From the NCBI GenBank assembly GCA_963718915.1, contig CAVRAI010000003.1, positions 450,001-482,000 of the forward strand: DNA of 32,000 bases, written 5' to 3'. The position numbers and the translations under genes are program-made. Of this stretch, positions 16,045 to 24,591 are shown piece by piece (the first letter of the stretch is position 1; each line of letters starts with the position of its first letter). Below the pieces are notes generated by a model, which did not search any database, was not told the origin of the DNA, and saw nothing but the letters and a program-made list of their open reading frames with translations. Origin of the DNA: an uncultured Chloroflexia bacterium. GTDB taxonomy: Bacteria; Chloroflexota; Ktedonobacteria; Ktedonobacterales; JADMIN01.

Positions 16045-16089
16045 ATGCCCGACTCCATGCCCGACTCCATGCCCGACTCCATGCCCGAC
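16045..16089 (+). repeat. 12-bp tandem repeat (ATGCCCGACTCC x3 plus a partial unit) encoding MPDS-MPDS-MPDS-MPD
   Basis: Read directly: three perfect units at 16045-16080 and a partial unit at 16081-16089. Every unit carries an in-frame ATG. Confidence 0.9.
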
Positions 16090-17442
16090 CCAACATCTGA
16101 CCTGCTCGCCCTCGCCGCCGAGCGCGGCGCCCGCTACCGCGCCGAACTGGACGCGCGGCCCGTTTTCCCCTCGCCCGAAGCGGTGGAGCGCCTTTCCGCG
16201 TTGGGTGGGCCGCTGCCCGAAACATCCCAGTCGCCTGAAGAGGTCTTCGCGCTGCTCGACGAGATTGGTTCGCCCGCGACCGTCGCCACCACAGGCGGGC
16301 GCTACTTCGGCTTCGTCACCGGGAGCTCGCTGCCCGTCACCGTCGCCGCCAACTGGCTGGCCGCCGCCTGGGACCAGAACGCCGGGCTGTACGTCATGTC
16401 GCCGGTCGCCGCCGAGCTTGAAACAATCGCCCTTGGCTGGCTGCTGGATATCCTCGGTCTGCCCGCCGAGACTGGCGGCGCGTTCGTCACCGGGGCGACG
16501 ATGGCCAACTTCACCGCGCTGGCCGCCGCGCGCCATGCCGTCCTGCGGCGTGTCGGTTGGGATGTTGAGGCGAATGGCCTCTTTGGCGCGCCAGCGATCA
16601 CCGTGGTCGTCGGCGCCGAGGCGCATACGACGCTCCACAAAGCGCTCGCGCTGCTTGGGCTGGGCCGCAGCCGCGTCGTCACCGTGCCCGTCGATGACCA
16701 GGGACGCATGCGCGCCGACGCGCTGCCGGAGATCACCGCCCCCGCGATTGCCTGCATCCAGGCGGGCAACGTGAATACCGGCGCGTTCGACCCGGCGGGC
16801 GCGATTCTGCCGTGGGCGCATCGCGCGGGCGCGTGGGTGCATGTGGATGGCGCGTTCGGCCTCTGGGCAGCCGCCGCCCCCGAGCGCGCCTCGCTCGTCG
16901 CCGATTTCGCCGGGGCCGACTCCTGGGCAACCGATGCCCACAAGTATCTGAATACGCCGTACGACTGCGGGCTGGCGTTCGTCCGCGACTCCGACGCCCT
17001 GCGCCGCGCAATGGCCGCCACCGCCGCCTATCTGCCCACCGCCGACCAGCGCGACCCGATGCACTACACGCCCGAATCGTCGCGGCGCGCGCGTGGCGTC
17101 GAGGTCTGGGCGGCGCTCCGCACACTGGGGCGCGCGGGCGTGGCCGAACTGGTCGAGCGCTGCTGCCGCCACGCCACCCATTTTGCCGAGGGACTGCGCC
17201 TGGCGGGCTACGATGTCCTCAACGAGGTCGGCTTCAATCAGGTATTGGTAGCCTTTGGAGACGACGAGACCACCCGCCGTGTCATCGACGCCGTGCAGCG
17301 TGATGGCACATGCTGGTGTGGCGGCACCGTCTGGCAGGGGCGCGCCGCCATGCGCATCAGCGTCTCCTCCTATGCCACGACAGAAGCTGACGTCGAGCGC
17401 AGCCTCGCCGCCATCATCCGCCTCGCTGGCGACCGGCGATAG
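16045..17442 (+). CDS. PLP-dependent decarboxylase (group II / class V-fold aminotransferase superfamily)
   Basis: ..GGRYFGFVTGS.., ..FVTGATMANFTALAAAR.. and ..ADSWATDAHKYLNTPYDCG.. (PLP-binding Lys). The start lies within ATG-containing repeats. The ATG at 16045 has GAGGT with an 8-nt spacer; the ATG at 16030 is an alternative. Confidence 0.8.
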   Translation: MPDSMPDSMPDSMPDPTSDLLALAAERGARYRAELDARPVFPSPEAVERLSALGGPLPETSQSPEEVFALLDEIGSPATVATTGGRYFGFVTGSSLPVTVAANWLAAAWDQNAGLYVMSPVAAELETIALGWLLDILGLPAETGGAFVTGATMANFTALAAARHAVLRRVGWDVEANGLFGAPAITVVVGAEAHTTLHKALALLGLGRSRVVTVPVDDQGRMRADALPEITAPAIACIQAGNVNTGAFDPAGAILPWAHRAGAWVHVDGAFGLWAAAAPERASLVADFAGADSWATDAHKYLNTPYDCGLAFVRDSDALRRAMAATAAYLPTADQRDPMHYTPESSRRARGVEVWAALRTLGRAGVAELVERCCRHATHFAEGLRLAGYDVLNEVGFNQVLVAFGDDETTRRVIDAVQRDGTCWCGGTVWQGRAAMRISVSSYATTEADVERSLAAIIRLAGDRR

Positions 17443-17589
17443 CCCCGGCAACATCGTCACATTTCGCTATAATATGGGCGAGACGTGAAGATACATCACC
17501 AAGACCATCTCTGCCTCTGGCTCCCCCTCTCCTGTGGGAGAGGGGGCCGGGGGGAGAGGGCAGGCGCAAAAAGCCGGGAGGACTATCGC

Positions 17590-20368
17590 ATGGCCAGGAT
17601 GACAGCATTGACGCTGGATCAGGCAGTGAAGCAATCACCTCGCAAGTGGGTCTATCTCTTCAACGAGGGCAACGCCACCATGCGCGCGCTGCTGGGCGGC
17701 AAGGGCGCGGGCGTCGCCGAGATGACCAACGCCGGGCTGCCGGTTCCACCGGGCTTCACCATTACCACTGAGGCCTGTAACGAGTATTACACCAACAATA
17801 AGCAGTTCCCTGATGGTATGTGGGAGCAGGCGCAGGCGGCGCTCCGTGTCGTGGAGGAGCAGACCGGCAAGACCTTCGGCGACGCCGAAAATCCGCTGCT
17901 CGTCTCCGTCCGCTCTGGCGCGAAATTCTCGATGCCGGGCATGATGGACACTGTCCTCAACCTGGGGCTGAACGACGAGACGGTGAAAGGGTTGATCGCG
18001 CGCAGTGGCGACGAGCGCTTCTGCTATGACGCCTATCGCCGCTTCGTTCAGATGTTCTCCAAAATTGTGCTGGACGCGAAGCCCGACGCCTTTGAGGATA
18101 AACTCACGGAATATCGCGAGAAGACGGGCGCAGCCAACGATGCCGAGATTCCCGCCGACGCACTCAAACAGGTGGTCGAGGACTTCAAGCAGATCGCGCG
18201 CGACGCCTCGGGCAAACCCTTCCCCGAAGACCCTATCGAGCAGCTCCGGCTGGCCATCGAGGCGGTCTTCGCCTCCTGGAACAACAAGCGCGCCATCGAC
18301 TACCGCAACTTCAACAAGATTGCCCACGATCTGGGCACCGCTGTCAACGTCCAGACGATGGTCTTCGGCAACATGGGCGACACCAGCGCGACCGGCGTTG
18401 CCTTCACGCGCAATCCCTCGACCGGAGAGAAGCGGCTCTACGGCGACTATCTGATCAATGCCCAGGGCGAGGATGTCGTCGCGGGCATCCGCAACACCTC
18501 GCCCATCGCCAGACTGGCCGAGGAGATGCCGGAAGTCTACCAGCAGTTCGAGCAGATCGCCGAGCGGCTGGAGCGCCACTATCGCGATGTGCAAGATATG
18601 GAGTTCACTATCGAGCAGGGACGGCTCTATATGTTGCAGACGCGCGCGGCCAAGCGCACCGCCGCCGCCGCCGTCAAGTCCGCCGTCGATATGGTGAGCG
18701 AGGGGCTGATTACCTCGGATGAGGCGGTGCAGCGAGTCGATCCCAATCAGGTGGATCAATTGCTGTTGCCGCGCTTCGATGGAGATGAACTCGCACAGGC
18801 GCGACGCGAGAAGCGCGAGCTGGCTACCGGCGTTAATGCCTCGCCCGGCGCGGCGGTGGGCATTGTCATCTTCGACGCCGACCGTGCCGAGGCGGCAGGC
18901 AAGGCTGGCCAGGCGATCATCCTGGTCCGGCAGGAGACCAGTCCCGACGATTTTCACGGCATGGTGGTCGCGAAGGGTATTCTGACGAGCCGAGGTGGCA
19001 CCGGCAGTCATGCCTCCGTCGTGGCGCGGGGGTTGGGAGTGCCAGCGGTCGTCGGCTGCGAGGGCATCCGCGTGGACTATGCGCAGCGCCAGTTCGAGGT
19101 GAAGGCGACCGGGCTGGTGGTGCGCGAGGGCGAGATGATCTCCATCGATGGCACGGAAGGTGTTGTCTACCAGGGAGCAATCAAGACCATCGAGGTGAAC
19201 TACGACGCCGAACACGACCTGCATACGCTGCTCGCCTGGGCCGATGGCATTCGCAGACTGGGGGTCTGGGCCAACGCCGATTATCCAGAGGATGCCGAGC
19301 GATCTGTCAAGTTTGGCGCGCAGGGCATTGGTCTCTGCCGCACCGAGCACATGTTCAGAGAACAGGATCGCCTGCCGATTGTGCGCGAGATGATACTCGC
19401 CGCATCGGCCGAAGAGCGTCAGGCGAAGCTCGATCAACTGCTGCCCATCCAGCGCTCCGATTTCGAGGGCATCTTCCGCGCCATGCGCGATCCCAAAACC
19501 GGCGAGGGCTATCCCGTCGTCATCCGCCTGATCGACCCGCCGTTGCACGAGTTCCTGCCAAGCTATGAAGATACGCTGGTCGAGGTCACGCGGCTGGAGG
19601 ATAGCGGCAAAGACCCGGCGGAGCTGGCGAAGAAGCGCGAGCTGCTCAAGGCAATCGCGGGCATGCGCGAGATGAACCCGATGCTCGGACTGCGCGGCTG
19701 TCGTCTGGGCCTGATCTTCCCCGAAATCAACGTGATGCAGACCCGCGCGATTCTTGAGGCGGCGGCCAATGTCGCGAAGGAGGGCATCAAGCTTCATCCG
19801 AAGATCATGATCCCACTGGTCGGCCACGTCAACGAGCTGGCCGAGGTGCGCCGCCAGCTTGAGGCGGTGGCGCGAGGAGATGAGCGAGCAGCTTGGCGGC
19901 AAGGTGAACTACAAGTTCGGCACGATGATCGAGCTGCCCCGCGCCGCGCTGACCGCCGGGCAGATCGCCCAGGTGGCCGATTTCTTCAGCTTCGGCACCA
20001 ACGACCTGACCCAGACGACCTTTGGCATGAGCCGCGACGACGCCGAGGGCAAGTTCCTGCTGCAATATGTGGAGGGGTTGAAGGAGCCCGGACTCGACCA
20101 GCCAGTGAAGATCCTCAAAACGAATCCGTTCCAGACGCTCGACCGCGACGGTGTGGGGCGGCTGGTGCGCATCGGCTTCGAGGAGGGCCGCGCCGCCAAT
20201 CCCGCGCTGGAGGTGGGCATCTGTGGCGAGCACGGCGGCGACCCGGAGAGTATCGCCTTCTGCGACGAAGTCGGCCTGAACTACGTCAGCTGCTCGCCGT
20301 TCCGCGTGCCCAAGGCGCGGCTGGCCGCTGCCCAGGCAGTCCTTACCGGCGCCGAGAAAGACAAGTAG
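17590..20368 (+). pseudogene. ppdK: Pyruvate,phosphate dikinase, disrupted by a frameshift near 19873 (or a sequencing error)
   Basis: The frame starting at the ATG at 17590 (GGGAGGA SD) gives canonical PPDK up to ..[26 protein letters not shown] (about 19872), including the phospho-His site ..TSRGGTGSHASVVARGLG... The remaining PPDK sequence ([65 protein letters not shown]) is in the +1 frame from 19874 to 20368. The original frame runs on as Arg/Pro-rich nonsense to 20580. Confidence 0.9.
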
Positions 20369-20384
20369 GGAGACTCTGCCCCTG

Positions 20385-20409
20385 CCCCCTTCCCGTGTCG
20401 GGGAGGGGG
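20385..20409. terminator. Candidate bidirectional terminator hairpin between convergent ppdK and the GNAT gene
   Basis: CCCCCTTCCC-GTGTC-GGGGAGGGGG: a 10-bp stem with one mismatch, followed by TTCTTCC. It lies 17 nt after the ppdK stop and 10 nt before the GNAT stop. Member of the C/G-rich hairpin family. Confidence 0.5.
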
Positions 20410-20419
20410 TTCTTCCGTA

Positions 20420-20890
20420 TCAGCCGATTCGCCGCTGATAAACCGGCTCACCCCAGCGCTCGCCGCCCGTCGGCTGGAAGCCCGCTGCGGTGTAGAGGCG
20501 CTGCGCCGCCACGTTCTCAGGATGCACCGTCAGGCGCAGCCATTGGCGCTGTGGATGCTCCCGCCTCGCCATCTCGATGAGGCGCTTCAATGCGGCTGTG
20601 CCATAGCCTCGACCCTGGTAGCGCTGGTCGATGAAGAAATGGAAGAGCCAGTACTGGTCGGTCGTTGCCGGTTCGTAGGCCAGCGCGAGGAATCCCACCA
20701 CCGTGGCGCCTGCATAGAGAGCGTAGGGCGCCCAGGTCATGCCGCCGGGGCGGATATACGCCTTGGCGAGCGCGATGGCGGCGATGGGCGCGTAATCGCT
20801 GATGAAGCGCTGTTGCTCAGGCCGTACCGCAAGCTTTAGTGTCTCACGCCAGTTCGCGTCTGTCACCGCGCGGATGTCTATCCTTTGCAT
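20420..20890 (-). CDS. GNAT family N-acetyltransferase
   Basis: 156 aa. The acetyl-CoA motif ..IDQRYQGRGYGTAALKRLIEMAR.. and ..LTVHPENVAAQRLYTAAGFQPTG.. are typical of GNAT proteins. Confidence 0.85.
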   Translation of the reverse strand: MQRIDIRAVTDANWRETLKLAVRPEQQRFISDYAPIAAIALAKAYIRPGGMTWAPYALYAGATVVGFLALAYEPATTDQYWLFHFFIDQRYQGRGYGTAALKRLIEMARREHPQRQWLRLTVHPENVAAQRLYTAAGFQPTGGERWGEPVYQRRIG

Positions 20891-20977
20891 GGTTCAAACT
20901 CTGCTATGCTTTGAGAATGCAACATACAGGTTGCTCCAGAGACGCCATATCAGATGATAGAGACGGAGATACCGCCG

Positions 20978-21565
20978 ATGCCAAACAGCCCCCAGGATAT
21001 GATGAGCGCCGTGATCGCCAATCTGCCCGCGAAGACCGGACGCGACTACGACGAGTGGATCGCGCTCATCCGCGAGCGGGCCATCGCGGGCCAGGGGATG
21101 AGCAAGAACGGCGAGATACTCAACTGGCTCAAGCGCGAGTATGGCCTGGGGCATAGCACCGCGTTTATCCTGGCGGCGGAGGCGCTCAAGCCCGCCGACT
21201 ACATCGCGCCGACCGACGAGCAGATGATCGACGCGCAGTATGCTGGCCCAAAGGCGGCGTTACGGCCGATCTTCGAGCGCGTGCTGGCCTGCGTCAGGAC
21301 GCTCGGCGACGATGTGCGCAGCGAGACGCGCCAGAGCTACGTCGCGTTTGCCCGCGCCAAACAGTTCGCGCTCATCCAGCCCTCCACCAAAACGCGCGTC
21401 GATTTGGGATTGGTGCTGCCGAGCGTCGCGCCATCGGGTCGGCTGGCCGTCTCCACCAACTTTGGCAGCGGCAGCATCAACCGCCGCGTCGCCCTGGCCA
21501 CGCCGGATGACGTGGACGCCGAGATCAAGGGCTGGCTGCGTCAGGCCTATGACTGTTGCCGCTGA
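20978..21565 (+). CDS. DUF4287 / DUF5655-like domain protein
   Basis: ..NLPAKTGRDYDEWIALIRE..NWLKREYGLGHSTAFILA.. is DUF4287-like, and the C-terminal half resembles DUF5655. The ATG at 20978 is preceded by GGAGA. Confidence 0.7.
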   Translation: MPNSPQDMMSAVIANLPAKTGRDYDEWIALIRERAIAGQGMSKNGEILNWLKREYGLGHSTAFILAAEALKPADYIAPTDEQMIDAQYAGPKAALRPIFERVLACVRTLGDDVRSETRQSYVAFARAKQFALIQPSTKTRVDLGLVLPSVAPSGRLAVSTNFGSGSINRRVALATPDDVDAEIKGWLRQAYDCCR

Positions 21566-21610
21566 GCGCATATCAAGCGGATCGTAGCGTAATGAACTTT
21601 CATTTATTCC

Positions 21611-21675
21611 TCTGAACACCGCGCGTTATGGTGGGCGAGGTAAACCGTAGCGTGAACGCTACGGCGAATTTCCCC
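21611..21675 (-). repeat. REP-like element core, copy 3 (inverted orientation)
   Basis: The reverse complement reads GGGGAAATTCGCCGTAGCGTTCACGCTACGGTTTACCTCGCCCACCATAACGCGCGGTGTTCAGAG, colinear with 1517-1579. A degenerate extra copy (CATTCGCCATAGCATTTATGCTG) follows at about 21694-21716, then TTTTAGAAAT. Confidence 0.8.
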
Positions 21676-21750
21676 ATCGGAGCGGCGCATCACCCATTCG
21701 CCATAGCATTTATGCTGTTTTAGAAATTACAAGGGACACGCACTGGGCAG

Positions 21751-21935
21751 CGCGGGCGGTTGAAACCGCGCCTACAGGGCCTCGCCTGCTGCGCGCGCTC
21801 CGCCACAAAACCCGCCTGCGCGGGTTTCAGCTCCCCGCTCGCCAACGCGTATCTCGTTGGGACACGGTCTGGGCAGTCCGCGTCGGCGGACTTCGTGGCC
21901 GCAGGCCCTCCAGGCGCGGTTTCAACCGCCCGCGC
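21751..21935. repeat. MITE-like multi-hairpin element, copy B
   Basis: CGCGGGCGGTTGAAACCGCGCC ... GGCGCGGTTTCAACCGCCCGCG are terminal inverted repeats. It is colinear with 10285-10463 and abuts the left end of the IS982 copy. Confidence 0.8.
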
Positions 21936-21951
21936 GTCCTCGCCCCTGTCC

Positions 21952-22958
21952 TCACTAATTTACGTGAATCTCGGATAAGCTATGCCGTCGGCAAGGCGAG
22001 CAGGTCACGGTCGAGATGCAACGACGGCTTCTTGGGCAGATGGCAGTAGGCGACCAAGCCCGCCAGCAGGTGGGCGAGGAAGTTGTAGGGGCTGCGGTGG
22101 CGGGTATGCTCAATCTGACAGACGTTCTTGAGTTCATCGTTGACGCTCTCGATGATCGCCCGCTTGCGCAGCAGCAGCTTGTCACGGAGCGTCAGCAGCC
22201 GGTGACGCATGTTCTTGCGTGCTTTGGTGACAAGCTGCAGGCCGTGTTCAACCAAGAGCTGCTCGGCGAGCGCTTGGGAGAGGTAGCCCTTGTCGCCGAA
22301 GAGCTTGCCGAAGAGGCGGCGCACCAAACGCGGGACGGGACGACGGTCGTCGACATTGCCCGGCGTGAGGCAGAAGGCCAGCAGTTCGCCGCGGTCGTTG
22401 ACGACCAGGTGCAGCTTGAAGCCGTAGAACCAGCCCAGCGTCGTCTTGCCACGCCGCGCATCGGTGCGAAAGACCTTGTGCTGATGAATGCGCTGAGGGC
22501 GGCAGACGCTCAGGGCGGTGGCGTCGACGAAGCTGATGCCCGTACAGGCGCCGAGCTGGGTGTGGAGATAGACGGCCAGGGGGATCACGACCCGTGGCAT
22601 CAGGGCGACGAAGCGCGTGTAGCTCACCAACTGGGGGAACTCCGCATGCAGATGACGCTGGACGTAGTCGGTGTAGTACCCTTTAAACGTCCGGTAGCCG
22701 GACTGCTGGAACAGGATCAGGATGGTCATGATCTCGCTGGGATGCAGCCGCGTCGCACGACGGCGCTGGCGACCGGCAGCCACCTGTTGCTGCTCCCACC
22801 ACGGCTCGAAGTGCTGCCAAAACGCATCCACCGAGGAGAACAGGTCGAGTATACTCATGAACAATGCCTCCAATCAGGGTCTGACGGGTTGTCGTAAACC
22901 GCATCATATCCTTGCTGAAGGCATTTCGCTTATCCAAGATTCACGTTAATTTGTAAAA
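21952..22958 (-). mobile_element. IS982 family insertion sequence (about 1 kb)
   Basis: A single transposase ORF is flanked by imperfect terminal inverted repeats: AATTTACGTGAATCTCGGATAAGC (21957-21980) against the reverse complement of 22928-22953, AAATTAACGTGAATCTTGGATAAGCG. I could not see a clear target-site duplication. Confidence 0.85.
21980..22858 (-). CDS. IS982 family transposase (DDE)
   Basis: MSILDLFSSVDAFWQHFEPWW..LHPSEIMTILILFQQSGYRTFKGYY..ISFVDATALSVC..GWFYGFKLHLVVNDRGELLAF..GNVDDR..LFGDKGYLS..RAIIESVNDELKN.. is the classic IS982 transposase pattern. Confidence 0.9.
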   Translation of the reverse strand: MSILDLFSSVDAFWQHFEPWWEQQQVAAGRQRRRATRLHPSEIMTILILFQQSGYRTFKGYYTDYVQRHLHAEFPQLVSYTRFVALMPRVVIPLAVYLHTQLGACTGISFVDATALSVCRPQRIHQHKVFRTDARRGKTTLGWFYGFKLHLVVNDRGELLAFCLTPGNVDDRRPVPRLVRRLFGKLFGDKGYLSQALAEQLLVEHGLQLVTKARKNMRHRLLTLRDKLLLRKRAIIESVNDELKNVCQIEHTRHRSPYNFLAHLLAGLVAYCHLPKKPSLHLDRDLLALPTA

Positions 22959-22960
22959 CT

Positions 22961-23010
22961 GCATTACGCTACGGCCCGCGTCGCCCGCCAGGATGCGCGG
23001 TGTTCGGAGG
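22961..23010 (+). repeat. REP-like element, right-half copy abutting the IS982 right end
   Basis: ..ACGCTACGGCCCGCGTCGCCCGCCAGGATGCGCGGTGTTCGGAGG matches the right half of copy 1 (ACGCTACGGTCTGCCTCGCCCACCACGACGTGCGGTGTTCGGCG). Confidence 0.6.
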
Positions 23011-23097
23011 AAAACACGACTCCCCATCACCGTATCGGCGATGGGGAGCGTCTCTGGTTGCCCATCTCCTCGTGGAAGAGGGGGTAGGAAGTGATGT

Positions 23098-23847
23098 TTA
23101 CGGCTGGCTGCTCGCAGTGGGCGCGGCGCAGTATGCCTCGGTCAGCGTCTCGCAGCGCTGATTGAGCCACGTCATCAGCGGCTCCAGCGCGGCCAACGCA
23201 CTCGCCAGCGCGTTCACCTCAGGCATACGGAGGCCCTGCGTCTGAATCGGACCCAGAATCTCCCGCGTGGCCTGCTCCGTCTCGCGGAATGCCCGCTGCA
23301 GATCGCGCGCCATCCGCTTGAATCCGCCACGGCCCAGATCGCGCACGACCGGCGCGGCAAGCGGGCCGCTGGGATTGCCATTCAGCAAGAGCGGGCGCGA
23401 GGGAGACGCGGGCGCCGCCAGCATTGACGTCCCGTTTACCCCGTTTGCCCCTGCCACCGACGCCACCGGCACGGCGGGCAGTTGTGGCTGTGTCGCCTCC
23501 ACGAGGTAGGCGCAGACGGCGCGGGTCGTGTCGAGCTGGTGTACGATGCCGGTCAGGCGTCCGAGCGCCATGCTCAACCGCACCTGCGTGCGCATGCTGC
23601 GCTGGCCCAGCGCCCTATCCTGCTCGGCGCACGTCGCCAGAATCCCCGCGAGATCCTGGTTGAGCCGGGTCGCCAGCGCGCGTGTCCGATTCGCGTTGTC
23701 CCGGCGCTCTTGAAGGGCGCGAACCCATCCCGACATAGCCTGCGAGAACTTGCCACTGTTTCCCGCCTGTGGCGATGTGGGGGTTGATGCGGTCGCGCGC
23801 CCCTTGCGCCGGAACCAGCCACCGCGCTGCGTCTTCTGAGTTGTCAT
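23098..23847 (-). CDS. Hypothetical protein (Ala/Arg-rich, predicted helical or coiled regions)
   Basis: The ATG at 23847 (MTTQKTQRGGWFRRKG..) is preceded by GGGAGG with a 9-nt spacer. No family recognised. The ORF-track start at 23928 is probably an extension. Confidence 0.55.
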   Translation of the reverse strand: MTTQKTQRGGWFRRKGRATASTPTSPQAGNSGKFSQAMSGWVRALQERRDNANRTRALATRLNQDLAGILATCAEQDRALGQRSMRTQVRLSMALGRLTGIVHQLDTTRAVCAYLVEATQPQLPAVPVASVAGANGVNGTSMLAAPASPSRPLLLNGNPSGPLAAPVVRDLGRGGFKRMARDLQRAFRETEQATREILGPIQTQGLRMPEVNALASALAALEPLMTWLNQRCETLTEAYCAAPTASSQP

Positions 23848-23886
23848 TGTCGCGTGCCTCCCTGTTCTCTGCGGTGACGTTCCTCT

Positions 23887-23930
23887 CAACAATCTGCCAA
23901 CAATCTGCCAACAATCTGCCAACAACATGC
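23887..23930. repeat. 11-bp tandem repeat CAACAATCTGC x3 plus a degenerate fourth unit (CAACAACATGC)
   Basis: Read directly. It lies 40 nt upstream of the minus-strand gene start (23847), in the divergent intergenic region shared with the HTH gene. Confidence 0.9.
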
Positions 23931-24156
23931 GAGGCCTTCACCCGCTGGACTGCCCGGCGCCCCAGGAGAGTCTACGCGCCTGGGTTTCGTCGCCTGCTGA
24001 AGCCTCTTCAGGCCAGCGACCAGACGGCCTCGTTCGTTGCTTGCATCGGTACTATATCCCCCCAGGTGCGCCCGCCACCGTACAAAAGCGTCCGCGTACG
24101 TATCTGTACGGTAGATTCTCTCCAGACTCTGACAAAATGGAATTCAACAGGGGGCG

Positions 24157-24185
24157 TTGCCCTCACTGCCAGGCTGCCTTATACT
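24157..24185 (+). promoter_or_regulatory. Candidate promoter (TTGCCC-17 nt-TATACT) giving a leaderless or near-leaderless transcript for the HTH gene
   Basis: TATACT at 24180-24185 ends 6 nt before the ATG at 24192. There is no SD upstream of that ATG. Confidence 0.4.
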
Positions 24186-24191
24186 GATTGT

Positions 24192-24503
24192 ATGAGCAAG
24201 GAGATGAACGGCAACGCGGCGCGTAGCAGCCACCCGCTGGTGGTCTTGCTGCGTGAGATTCGCGAGCGCCATCCCGAGGTGACGCTGACCGAGATCGAGG
24301 CGTGCATGGGCATTCCGTTCGATACATTGCGCCATATCGAGAAGGGGCGTCGTCCGCTGCCGGGGCTGCAAGACGGCCTGGGCCGCTGGATTCTCCATCT
24401 GCTCGATTGCGTCCGCGCGACACCTGAGGAGCGCGCGATGGTCGAGACGCTGCTCTCCCGCATCATCCTGGCAGAGTGGAGCGAAGAACTGGGCGAGAAG
24501 TGA
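24192..24503 (+). CDS. Small XRE-like helix-turn-helix protein (103 aa)
   Basis: ..LLREIRERHPEVTLTEIEACMGIPFDTLRHIEKGRRPLP.. is an HTH pattern. The long upstream part of ORF 23769-24503 is antisense to the neighbouring gene and was rejected. Confidence 0.6.
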   Translation: MSKEMNGNAARSSHPLVVLLREIRERHPEVTLTEIEACMGIPFDTLRHIEKGRRPLPGLQDGLGRWILHLLDCVRATPEERAMVETLLSRIILAEWSEELGEK

Positions 24504-24507
24504 CAGC

Positions 24508-24568
24508 AGCCCGCGCAGGCGGGCTTTGTGGCGGAACGCCCTTAGGCGCGGCTTTAGCCGCCAGCGCA
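24508..24568 (-). repeat. Partial MITE-like element (copy C, internally deleted, inverted orientation)
   Basis: GCCCGCGCAGGCGGGCTTTGTGGCGGAACGC-CCTTAGGCGCGGCTTTAGCCGCC aligns with the reverse complement of the left third of copies A and B. Confidence 0.6.
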
Positions 24569-24591
24569 GTGTGCAGGAAGGGACGGCAGAT

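Noticed and set aside
16045-16089. Short tandem repeats (12-bp here, 11-bp at 23887-23930) considered as a possible CRISPR array
   Set aside because: The units are directly adjacent with no spacers, are far shorter than CRISPR repeats, and have no cas genes nearby. They are microsatellite or iteron-like repeats.
15943-17460. 505-aa minus-strand ORF antisense to the PLP-decarboxylase gene
   Set aside because: It is a shadow ORF typical of high-GC DNA. It has Arg/Gly/Ala/Pro-rich low-complexity composition and no recognisable motifs, whereas the plus-strand frame carries clear PLP-enzyme motifs.
17485-17589. N-terminal extension of the ppdK ORF (MKIHHQDHLCLWLPLSCGRGGRGERAG..)
   Set aside because: The extension translates the C/G-rich hairpin repeat at 17523-17546. 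A good SD (GGGAGGA) precedes the ATG at 17590, and conserved PPDK sequence starts just after that. Similar repeat-derived extensions were rejected for ORFs starting at 15835, 9333, 23928 and 23769.
17635-19902. 755-aa minus-strand ORF antisense to ppdK
   Set aside because: Same reasoning. The plus strand encodes canonical PPDK over the whole interval, and the antisense product has no family signature.
19873-20580. C-terminal roughly 235 aa of the 1031-aa ORF 17485-20580 (Arg/Pro-rich)
   Set aside because: It is an artefact of reading through the ppdK frameshift. The true PPDK C-terminus is in the +1 frame (19874-20368). The tail also overlaps the convergent GNAT gene.
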